Under the pieces are notes generated by a model. It searched no databases. It was not told the DNA's origin and worked only from the letters and a program-made list of their open reading frames with translations. Position numbers and translations under genes: made by a program. From contig CAMJKC010000001.1 in assembly GCA_946406305.1 (NCBI GenBank), positions 1-25,590 on the forward strand: a DNA stretch of 25,590 nucleotides. Reading direction: 5' to 3'. Source of the stretch: an uncultured Lachnospiraceae bacterium (lineage in GTDB: Bacteria; Bacillota; Clostridia; Lachnospirales; Lachnospiraceae). Positions 1 to 12,200 of the stretch are shown in pieces (within the stretch, counting starts at the first letter, position 1; each line of letters starts with the position of its first letter).

Positions 1-47
1 AAAAAAATGAACACACATAGAGAAAAAATCCACATTTTATCGCAAAA

Positions 48-75
48 AAATGCTTTTTTTGACTAAAAAGCATTT
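48..75. repeat. Perfect 11-bp inverted repeat enclosing the -35 hexamer (operator or weak terminator)
   Basis: AAATGCTTTTT (48-58) / AAAAAGCATTT (65-75) with TTGACT as the 6-nt centre; extends by 3 more A/T pairs after one mismatch. Confidence 0.7.
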
Positions 76-87
76 CTTTTGTATAAT
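59..87 (+). promoter_or_regulatory. sigmaA/sigma70-type promoter of the giant gene
   Basis: TTGACT (59-64), 17-bp spacer, TATAAT (82-87); lies 70 nt upstream of the ATG at 158. Confidence 0.8.
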
Positions 88-92
88 TATAC
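81..92. repeat. Perfect 12-bp palindrome overlapping the -10 box
   Basis: GTATAATTATAC is its own reverse complement. Confidence 0.6.
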
Positions 93-147
93 TATAAAAA
101 TGGGACGGACTATGTTTTGTCTTTGTTTTTGTTTTTAAAAGAAAAAA

Positions 148-153
148 AAGGAG
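148..153 (+). promoter_or_regulatory. Shine-Dalgarno of giant ORF
   Basis: AAGGAG, 4 nt before ATG 158 (short spacing). Confidence 0.6.
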
Positions 154-157
154 AGTT

Positions 158-241
158 ATGTACTTAAAGAATCAGAAAATTATATCAATTATTTTAATTA
201 TTGCTTGTATGTTTGCTAATTCTGGTTTTAGTGTATTAGCG
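158..241 (+). other. Sec signal peptide (aa 1-28) of giant protein
   Basis: MYLKNQK (basic n-region), IISIILIIACMF (h-region), V-L-A|N signal peptidase I-type site; no canonical lipobox. Confidence 0.8.
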
Positions 242-3200
242 AATAGTTTTAATGTGCAAGTTGAAAATGAATTGAAAGAAAAATCTGAGTTAAAAAATTA
301 TTATGAAGAGTATATGAGTGAATATACTTCACTTTTAAGTGCAAAGGGTGTAAACGATGTTGATGAAGATATAGTTATGGACGAAATAATAGATGATGAT
401 ACTGTTAAATATAACAGGAGTGAAGAGAGTGAAGAAAATGAGATAAGTGAAGAAAGTGTAAAAGATGAAGAGAGCATAGAAGACGAAGAAAGTAATCTTG
501 ATAATCAAAAAGAAGAACCTGAAGAAGAACAAGACAAAACAGAAAAAGAGTCAACTGAAGAAGAAAAAGAGGAAGAGACAGAAGAAAGTAAAGAAGAGAC
601 AGAGGAAAAAAGAGAGGAGACAAAAAAATTAGAAGAAGAAACAACAAGTGAAACTAAAGAGGAAGCTCAAAATGAAAAAGATATTGTTGCTACAGAAAGT
701 GAATCAGAAGTTTTTGAAGTAGAAGAAAGTGAAGTCGCAACGGAAAGTGAGATAAAAGAAGAAGTTAATGTTGCAACAGAAAGCGAAACAGAAGATGATA
801 AAATAGATGATATAGAGTCTACAAAGAGTGAAACAGATGAGATAAAAATAAATGAAGATAATACATACGGTGCAGACATTAGAAATATTTCTACACTAAG
901 TGATGTTTTAGTTGCAACTTATTCAATAGTAGATTGGGAAATAGTAGAAGTGCTTTTGCCAGATATAACACAATCAAAAGCATTTGCAAAAGAGACTGAT
1001 TTTGAAATTATGGAAAATAGACTTGCAAAAACAGCAAGAGTGGTCATAAGAAATAAAGAAGGAAGAGAAGAAATAGTTAGAGTAAAAATAAAATGGAAAG
1101 TAAAAAACAGAATAGATGTAAATGCGCAAGATAGAGTGGATAAAACAATAGATGAATCTTATTTGCTTGAAGAGGTTAGAAAGAGAATTGGTGCTGATGA
1201 CGAAGAAGTGTCAACTGTTGAGATTTTGGCAACGACAAATGAAGCAAATGTTGTGAAAAAAATATATGATGAAATATCAGAATTAGTGGCAGACACAGAT
1301 ATAATAATCGTAGAAGACAAGGAAGCAGAAGTTTTATATGGAAAACTCATAGACATGGGTTATGATTCAAATAAAATAATAAACTACAATGAGTTAAACA
1401 AGAGTAAAGAAGATGAAGTTTACGAAGAGGAAATTTTTGAAAGTATAGAGAGTGAAAAAGTAGAAAGCACAGCAAGTAATATTGATGAAAATATAGAAAA
1501 TGATAAAATTGTAGACGAGATAGAAGAAGTGACTTTTGGAAAAGAAAACAATGAAGGTAAATTAGATTTTGAAGTAGATGAAGAAATAAAAGAAGAGTTT
1601 AATGAAACATATGAAACAAAAGAAGAGGAATCAAAGAAAGAAGATGTTGCTGAAGAAATAAATGTATTTGACGAAGACGGCAATTTAATAGAAGATGGAC
1701 AAGCCACTGGAGAGAAAGGTGAAGATATTGGGGCAGAAAATACGGGAACAGAAGTTGAAGTAAATAGAGTATATGACTATGAAGATGCGGCTCCAGGAAG
1801 TTTAAATTTGACAAAACATGACCAGTTGGCAAATTATGAAATATCAAATATTAGAGAGTTTGAGCTTGATATGGATTATCTAACTGAAAATCTTTTATAT
1901 GTACTTGAAAACAATATAATATATACAGAAGATGGCGAAGAAAAAAGTAAAGAAGAAAAAGAAGAAAAATACGAAGAGGAAAAAGAAGAAAATAATGGAA
2001 TAGTTGGCTTTATAAAAAATCTATTTTCTAACAATGAAGTTGATTATGAAACAGAAGATATGATAGATGAAGAAGAATATGTTTATGGTTATGGAAATGA
2101 GATAGAAGAAGTAAAAGACCCTATAGTAGAGGAAAATAACGCAAGCAGATTATATAGTAGTGAAAAATTAAATATACCAAAATTACAAGTTGCATCTTAT
2201 GTTCCTGCAGCAATTACAGACCACGAAAGAACAGGTCATAGAGCCTGTGGAGAGAGTAAAGATAAAGAGTGTACTCATAAAGATGCTATGTATATACATC
2301 AGGCATTGCAATATTCAAAATATACACCAAATGATGATATATTTAAGAAAAATACTATGTTCTCAGATACAAGAACTATGCCAACATATAATGTGGTCAA
2401 AGTAAATAGCATATATCTAACTGGAGATACGACGGTAGATGCTGTTTGGTCATTGTCATTTACAAAACCTTATACATCAGAAGAGTCTAATGTAAATGTG
2501 GAAGTAGGATATATAGAAAATAATCAAGCAGGTTTAGGAAAGAGTTTAAATATATGTTTAAATGGATATAATTTGAATTTTGGATTTAATTCTACAATAC
2601 AAGGTGTTGGAAGAATAAATATTTGTAACTGTTCAGCAACAAAAGAGAGCATCATAACTGCTGAAAATGAAGGAGAAATTTCAATAAGAGAAGATGGAAA
2701 AGTAGTTTCAAAATATGTTTATGGAAGACAAAACCCATGTATAAGAACTACAGGTATGGGAGTTTTCGGAGATATAAAAGTAAAAGATATTATAAATGAT
2801 GCATTGACAGGAACAGGAAATAGTGGACCTTACATAGCAGAGTGTTCAGCTTTCTATGGGTGGTTTAAACCTACAGAAATAGAAAAAGGAGAAGGAGAGG
2901 GCGAAGGAGGAAATGTAGGTTTTTACATATATGACTCAAAGAAAAAAGAAATTCCATTATATTATAGAATTGAAATTGATGGTGTAGATTTTGAAAATCT
3001 ATCAAGCCGAACTGGATCTGGAGGGGCTATCAATGCAGGAAATTTAAGTAGTGTAGTTATAATGAATACTACATTTACTGTATGTACGGCTTCAAATGCA
3101 GGAGGGGCTATTTGTGTAAATGCACAAAATTGTAATTTTGCAAATGTGACATTTGACAGATGTTCTTCAAGAGTTGCGGGTGGAGCGATATATGCAGAGT

Positions 3201-6200
3201 ACTATGGTGTGTATGGTGCACCTTATAAATATACATATGGTTCATCACATACTGAAAAGCAAGTGACACCAGTATTTGATTCAACAGGAAAAGACATTAA
3301 TTCATTTTTCTGCATGGAATTTAAAGATAATAGTGCTATAGGACAACCGGGAGAAGCTGGAGAAGAAAGAGTAGGAGGAAGAGGTGGAGCAATTGCACTT
3401 TTATATGTAAATAGTTTAACGAGGTTTGAACAAATAGAGGCAGTAAATAATTATGCAAATTTAAGCGGAGGTTTTATGTTGTGGCAAGACAGTAGCACAA
3501 GTAGTGACAATAAGCTTACAACAATGAAAACTATAATGTGTGATGGAAATAGTTCTTGTTATAGTGGTGGAACTATGGCAATAGTAAGTCAAGGTGAAGG
3601 GGATGGACATATAAATATACTTATTACTGGTAGCAAAGATGAAGAAACAGGAACGATTATGAATAGTACATTTAACAATACACTTGTTAAAGGTAATATG
3701 CCAGCAGAGATAGAATATGCAAGAAATGAAGACGGAACTATAAAAGAAAAAGAAACGGTTGCAGGTATAAAAGTGCCAGTATATGAAAAAGAATATTATG
3801 AAGTAATGGGACAAAATTATTACATGGGGTCATTTGGTGGAGCATTTTATATTGAAGGTTGTAAAATGCAAGTTGGTGAAAATGGAGTTGAAGGTGGAAA
3901 GGTAGAATTTATAAATTGTTATGCAAATGACGGAGGAGCAATTTATGTTCAACAACCAAGGTCAGCATATTTTTATAATAAGATAGGAGATAGTGTTTAC
4001 AAGCATTATGAATATGACTGGGAGGTAATAGAACAAAACAAATATCATTCAAAAGAAGATCAAAGTGTAATATTAGATATACCAAAATATACAAGTAGTG
4101 GTGCAACAGCAAGTGAAGCAAAGTATTATTATAATTCAAAATTATCTGAAGTAGTAGTAACAAATGCAAAATTTGAAAATTGTAAAACTCAAGATGGTGA
4201 TGATAAGACAATAAAAAATAGACTTCCAATATCAAGCGATGCACCAGAAGTTATGGGTAATTATGATGAGGGAGATGAGACAAAGACAGTAAAATATTTC
4301 ACAATGAGACAGTATCACACAAATACTGGTGGTGGGTGTATATATGTTGGTTATAAAGCAAATGTTAGCGTTGAAAATGATGTTAGCATATCTAAGTGTG
4401 TAGACCCTATATATTTGTGTAATGGAAATATTCAATTAAAAAATATATCAACAGGAAGTTTTGCGGCGGATAACACAGGTTCATACTTGTTTGGATATCC
4501 TTCTATAGCTGATATTGAAAATGTAATTACTCTTGATAATGTTGTTATCACAGGTTGTACTCTAAACAAGAACTCATTTTCACTTACAAATGCACCAGAT
4601 GATAATGAAAAACATGTGTATACAAAACTCATATTAAAAAATAAAGTTGTACTTGAAGATAATTATAAAAATGTCACGGATGCAGAAGGGACAACCACTT
4701 TTGTAGATATGGACTTATTCTTAAATCTTAGAACCATTGAGTGTATACTTGATAAAAGTCTTGACATAGACACTCATGTAGGAATATATCCAGATTTTAA
4801 AAAGGATCAACTTTTATTTGACTATTGGGACAGAGAACATTTGAAGTATTACGATGGTTTAGTTGTCTCAGAGATTTTTTATTTAAACAATGCAACAAAA
4901 GAAGATTCTGATTTTTACAATTATAGACTTTATAGAGATAACGAAAAAATATACATAGGGCAAGAATGGGATGAGATACATTTTGATATGGACTATCCAG
5001 AAAAAGACCATGCAGGAAATATGAGTCTTGAAGTGCCGTCTCATTTCATTTATAACAAGGCAACAGGTTCCATAGTATCAAAGCCAAGGAAAGTTTTTGA
5101 GAAAAACTTGGTAAATAATGAAGTTATAGTAAGGGAGTTAAACAAAGAAGGCGATTTTATAAAAGGATATTCTTATGTAGGATGGTTTGGAAGAGATGAG
5201 CAGACGAAGTATAAAGAAGAACCTTTTGTTGGTTGGGAATTTGAAGAAAATAAATTTAGAGGCTCTCTCTATACTGGACCTGATGGTTCGGCAAATGATG
5301 AGTATGCAAGAAGATTATTTGCAGTATTTACAGATAATACACTCGCTTTAAAAACTTGTGGAACAAAACTTGATGAAGAATGTGACCATGCAGATAAAAA
5401 TATGAAACACTATACACATAGGGGAGGAGCGACTGATAGCGAAGCAAAGCTTAAAAACTTTGTTGCAGTAGCTACTTTTGCACAACTTTATTATACTTAT
5501 GAAGGTAACAACTCACAATACATGTTGAAAAATGATGTATATATGACAGATAGCGATATACCTCTTAAGGGAAATAGAGTTATATACTTAAACGGATATA
5601 ACATATATATGGAAACAGATAAGCCTTTATTTGACTTTACAGATGATAGGGATATGGCATATAAAGAAGCACTGACAGAAGACTTGTCAGGATCTTATGA
5701 TGAAAATTTTGCTGGAGCTATAATAGGAGGAACAGCTGATAAAAAGGGTGGAATAATTTGGAGAAATAACAATAGGCAGCAAGAATTCATAAACACTGAT
5801 GGTAAAAAAATAATTTTGAAAAATGTATATTTAGAGGGATATAAGACAACAACTGACAACAAAAATATAAGCTTTATAAATGATAACACCGAAAAAGATG
5901 TAAAAGGAAACGGTGGAATATTTATAGAGGACAGTGTAATTAGAGACATTAAGACATATAGAGGAAGTTTGATAGAGGCACATAACTTGTATATGAAAGG
6001 TGTAACTATAGAAGAATGTGTATCATCAAATGTTGAATTAACAGGAGAAACAGAAGTAGATTATGACTTAGTGTCAGTTAAAGGTTGGGAAAATGCTCAA
6101 ACAAGTCAAGATATATATATAAGAGAAAGCACTTTTGACAATATAGTGAATGCAAAAAATTTATTTACAGCAAATTTGAATGCAGATGCGGCAAATAAAT

Positions 6201-9200
6201 CTACAGTTGTATTTGATTCTATATCTGTAACAACTTGTAGCCCTAAAGAGCACTTATTAAATATTATAAATGACAATAAAAATACTACTGTAGTGTTTAA
6301 AGGTGAAAATTATATAGAAGAAAATACATTAAAATCAAGTTACGAAGTCATTAATTTTGCAGGGACAAAAAAAGATGAAAATCATCTTCATATGAATGTT
6401 GAAGAAGGTACTACATATATAAGATATAATCACATAGAAGATGGCACAACTGTAGTGAATAATGTCAGAGCAGCATTAAACATGAGAAATGGTAACATAA
6501 GAATAGGTGGTCATTTAGAAATAACAGATAACTATTTTGACAATTATAGGACATCAACAACAATAGATGATGGACATGTAAATGCAGGAGTGTATGTTGG
6601 TGGGGAACAATCTCAAATTATTATGGCATCAGGTTCTTTCGTAGTTAAAGACAACAAAGGATTTAGGAATGGGGCTCCTGTTTCTTCAGTAGATAGCAAG
6701 GTATATCAAATATATGTAAATGCGAGCAGTAATATAAGGAGAGAAAAAGTTCTATTTCCACAAGAAGAGGGAACAAAAATGTGTGCATCAAAAACACAAG
6801 CATATATACATACAAAATATGCAGACAATAATGATTATTTAATATATGATGGCTGGTATGAGACAAATGTATCAGATCATAATACGACAGTGGATTCGCT
6901 TGCAAATAATACATTTATAATTGACGAGGTAAAAAGTTCTGGAGATAGCAGAAAAGTAGTTAAGCTTTATAATTTAAGTGAGACAAAGATATATATATCT
7001 GCAGATTTTTTGACTATACATTTTATGTTATACAACAGTAACAGAACAAGTCAAGAAGAAATAGGATTGCAATATATAAAAAATGGAATAGCTAATGAGC
7101 CAATTGAAACACAGCTTGAGAATCCAACAAAAGGGGAAAGAGTATTTTGGGAAGGGCCATCAAAACAATTTTTAACAAATAATAGAAATATTGTTTTCCA
7201 TAAAGATATGGAAGGGGCAACACTAACTCTCTTAAGTGCTGAAACTAAGGACTTTAATATGTATGGATATCAAAGTGATGAGCATAGACACGAATTAGCC
7301 TACGGTATTGACGATACAGAGTGTGACTATTGGGTAGATGCAAGCAAGCCAGAACATTTTGAAGTTAATGATGGAAATATCTTTTTAAGAAATGATATAA
7401 CTATAGACAAAGAAATGCTCGCAACACCAGTAGATAAGTATTCAATATGTTTAAATGGACACACTTTAAAAATAGCAAATGTTGAATGGTTTAAAGAAAC
7501 TGTAAATAATAATTATGATATTTATATTACAGATTGTAAGAAAACAGGTGCTATACAATTAGTAAATGGAAGTGGAAATGTAACAAAAACTCCTATAACG
7601 ATAGATGAAAATAGTTTAAATATTTCGGATGTGAGAATAATTGATTCAAATATTAGTGTTCCTGTGATAAGTGTAAATCAAAATGGAATATTAAGAACAA
7701 GAGGAGTTACATTTGAAAATGTTAAATTGTTATCAACAGACAATGAAGACAGAGCTGGAATATTTGACATTAATTCAAGTAATAAAGATTATAGTATAAA
7801 CAATATGTATTTAGTAGGTGGGGCAACGAAGAGCACATCAGACCACGAATTTTCAATTGTGAATTGTACTATGGGTAAAAACAAATCGGCAATTCATATA
7901 AAAAATGCAAAAATAGCAACAATAAATGAAGCTTATGTATATAACAATAGTGCAGAAACAAGCATATTTGATATAGAGAATTGCGGAGAAGTATACATAT
8001 CAAAAGGTTTATATCAAGGAAACAACATAACTGGAAATACAAACAATGTGACAGGAATATTTGACATAACAGGTGCTACATATACCTCTCTACAAGATGG
8101 TGCAGAGTTTGATTCAAATGTTGGTGGAGGAAATGGAGCAGTTATAAATACTACAAGTAGGTTGGTTCATATAGGAAGGAAACTTGGAGTTTCAGAATTA
8201 TATGATACCAAGTTTACGAACAACTCTGTCCCATCGGGCAAGAATGGAAGTGTAATATATGCAGGTGCATATGCGACAGTGGAGATTAATAATGCACTCA
8301 TAAATAATAACTTTAATGCAATATATGCAGCAGAGAATTCTGTGCTTACATTGAACAATACAGTTTTAACAGGAAACAGAGGGGCTTATGTTGTTGATTA
8401 CGAAAGAGGCGGAGGAAATGTAATCAACTTTATAAATACAAACATAACAGGAAATACATTTACAGAAGATGTTGTAGTAAGAACTCGAACAAATGTCGTA
8501 AAGACAATTCTTAATTTGTCTGGTGTAGTAAAGTATACAGAAAATAAAAAAATTATAAATGGAAGAACAGAAGAGTTTGATTTATATTTGCCAGACGATG
8601 ATACTGTTAAAGTTGTAGTGCCAGAGGGACATACATTAAGTGAAAATTCAAGAATTGGACTTTTGCCTATTAAGGCAGATATGAAGGTATTTGAATCTTG
8701 GAACAAGAATCGTATAGACCAATTTGGAGAAGGTGCAAGATTTGAAAAAATGTTTTATTATGACGCTGCTCCAAGCATTATGGATTATGATGCACTAGAT
8801 TATAAATTATTTAGGGATGGAGAAGAGTGGATTTCTGGTCCAAGTTATGATGAAATAAGTTATTATACAAAAAATAAATATTTAGATATTAACAAATTAG
8901 ATAGCACATATATCTATAAATATACAACAGGGACTCTAATAGATAAGCCAGAAATAACGACAAATTCTTATACATCATACAACACTTCATTTGTAGGCTT
9001 TATAGGAAGAAGTAAAAATACAACAACTGGTGGAGATTTTAAAAACTGGGATTTTAATACTGATTTAATGGTAGGAAGTGGAGTAAGAAATGAATATCAA
9101 TACGATAGAGTTTTGTATGCTATATTTACGGATGACAATATAAAATTAAAAGCCTGCGGACATACAGAAAACGAGGCTTGCTCACATGACAATGAGGTAA

Positions 9201-12200
9201 GTTATGTAGTGAGAGGTGGAAGTGAGAGTGGAAGTGAAGAAGCAAAATATAAAAATTATGTTTCTGTAAGTACAACTGCACAGTTGTTCTATAAATATAA
9301 CGACGAGATTTCAACTCAATACATACTTGAGAATGATTTAACAGTGCCAGATGGACTTGAGAGTATAACTTGTCAAGTGCTAAATTTGAATGGACATAAT
9401 ATAAATGTATTGAACAGTAAAAATGCAGCATTTGCTATAGGAAATGGAAAAAATAACAGTGGAGTTTCAGAGACAGAAAAGACTGGATTTATAGTAAGTG
9501 GATATGGAAAAGTAGGAACTATAACAGGTCAAAGTAATATAATGTATAAAAAAGGACTCTTCACAGACACATATAATGAAGGGGAGAGAGATTCTATATT
9601 TATGTCAAATATAAATATAGCTAATTTTGATACAAATAAAAATCCACAAGATGTAAATTCAATGATGCTATTTGAAAAAAATACTGTTTTAGAAAATGTA
9701 GATGTGTCATATATGAAGACATCAACAACCTTATTTAAGGCAAATGATATAAAACTTAAGAATGTAAGTTTCCTAAACAACGAAGTGCAAAACGGAAGCA
9801 TTATAGAATTTGTAAATGGTTATAAATCTAGCAATACAGGTATTAGTTTAAATGGAGACATACTAATTGAAAATAATACAGTGACAATAACTGAAAACAT
9901 TCCTGAAATAAAACTTGTATCAAAAGAAACAGCAATCAATGTTTCCCTTTTAAGTGATTCTAATTTTTCTTTATCTAATAATAAGATAATAAATCAATAT
10001 AATTTCCGAGAGGGAACAGAAGTTAGAGCAAGTATGTTTTATATGAAAAAAGGTGCTACTTCAACGATAGAATTTTTGAGCGATGTAGATTTCCTTGACA
10101 ATTCTTTTGAAGGGTTTGGCGACATTGCAAATACATACACGAGCAATATGAGGATAGATTCTTTTGCAAGAATAGATATAGGAGAGATATATTTAGACAT
10201 AGCAACTCCAAGTGCTGTAGGTGTAAGTAGAAATTATGGTATAGAAGTAGATAATTATAATACAGCATACTCACTTTTATCACAAAAAGCAAATACACAA
10301 TTAATAGCATCTTGCTCACACATATCTGTAGGTTATATAAATTTACCAACCACAGCAGAGCAACTTTTATATGAAGGTTGGTATTATCAAAAAGTTAAAG
10401 GGTATAATGAAGGTAACTTTACTGCGAATACTGTATTTACAACTGTAGAAAGCCCTACAAATTATATTTACAAATCAGGCACACAGGGAAATGCAAATGT
10501 ATACATAGGTGCATATAGTAAAATAGCTACATTACAGATAATAGAGAGAGATGATATTTTAGGAGATGTTTTATATTCAACGCAGTATATAAAAGGTGGA
10601 GTTGAAACTTCAATAGAAAGAGTTAAAAATTTTGATGTTATAAATACTTTGACGAGATGGAGTGGGCCAAGTAGAGATGGACAAGAAACTATCTTATATA
10701 CAAATGATATTATAAAGAAAGGGACAGAAATATTGATAGTGACAGTTCCTCTTGGCGAGACAAGAGCCATAATGGGCGAAGTTGTAGGGAACCATGTGCA
10801 TTCTCCAGTTATAGGAATAGAAGGATATGATCCGGTTGCATATGATTCACTTAGAACAAGGAGTGACTTTGGAAAGAACTATGCTCACTATTATTTACAA
10901 ACCGATGTTGTCATAGGGGCAAGCGTTGATTGGATGATACCAGGGGATGTTCATTCTCTTTGCTTGAATGGACATACTTTGACTTTTAGGGCTGGAACAA
11001 ATTATTTGACTGCCACAAATAAAAATATATTTATAACAGATTGTAAAGGTGACGGAAAGATAGTATTTTCTGGTGGTTCAAGCACGAGCAATAGTCCTGC
11101 ATTTCTTTTGACAGGCGGAAATATTAATATATCAAATGTAACATTTAGTGGAATTAGCAAAAAATTTATAGAAGCTAATGATGTAGATAGAATAAATATA
11201 GTAAATGTAAAAATAACAGAAAGTGGTAATACAATAAATCAACCAGCAATAATAAATGCAAAAGGAGTTAATGTTGCAAGCATAAGCAATATAGACATTG
11301 CAACGAATAGCAATGCAGTAATTGGATTAGAAAGTGTAAATCAGTTACTTATGAGCGATATCAAAATGAGGGGCAATGCCTTAACGGGAACAGAAGCTTT
11401 ATTTGTTATGGATAAAATTGCTACAGGCTCTATCACAGGAGGAATTTATAAAGGAAACAGCAGTAGCACTTCTCCAATATTTTATCACATAAAAAATAAT
11501 TCAAAAATTAACATTTCAAACATAGAAGACTTCTCAGAAAATGAAGGCGGAGGAATATATGTTGTAAATTCTACAGTAGAAATGAATAATATAAAACCAA
11601 AATCAAATGCGATAGAGACAGGCATAAATGGAAGTATAGTTACTGTAGGAGAACAAGGTGATGTAAAAATTAAGAATAGTATAATAAATGAAAATAAAAA
11701 TCCTGTATATGTTAGAAAAAATGCAACACTTAGAATGGAAAAATTAGAAATGAATTACAATACAGGTTCATATGCATTTGGGTATAGCATAGGAGAAGGA
11801 AATAAGATTTATATAGAAGACAGTGATATATCATTTAATGAATTTAGAGAAAATTTAAACCTAACTCTTCCAGTATCAAATGTAGAAAAAACTATAATTT
11901 ATGTGTCAGGGACAGTAACTATGAATATGAGCGAGAGATTTACTACAGCTGGAAATGGAACTATAGATTTGTATTTGCCAAGTGATGAGCATGTTATTAT
12001 GAGAACTCCTGATGGTAAAAAGTTAAATGCTGCATCTTCTATAGGCATACTCCCCATAAAGGCAGACACGAAGATATATGACACTTGGGATAAGGACCAT
12101 GTTGAAGAAGGTGCAAATTTTGAAAACATATTCTACTATGATTCATTTAGGAGTATGATAGATTATGCAAATTTGAAATATAGATTATTTAAAGATAATT

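Noticed and set aside
59-64. Idea that the inverted repeats flip the -35 element (invertible promoter)
   Set aside because: A 6-bp interval is far too short for recombinase inversion, and no recombinase is in the window
2222-2239. HERTGH matches the HExxGH pattern of M49 metallopeptidases
   Set aside because: No surrounding peptidase context; better explained as part of the repeated His/Cys head motif
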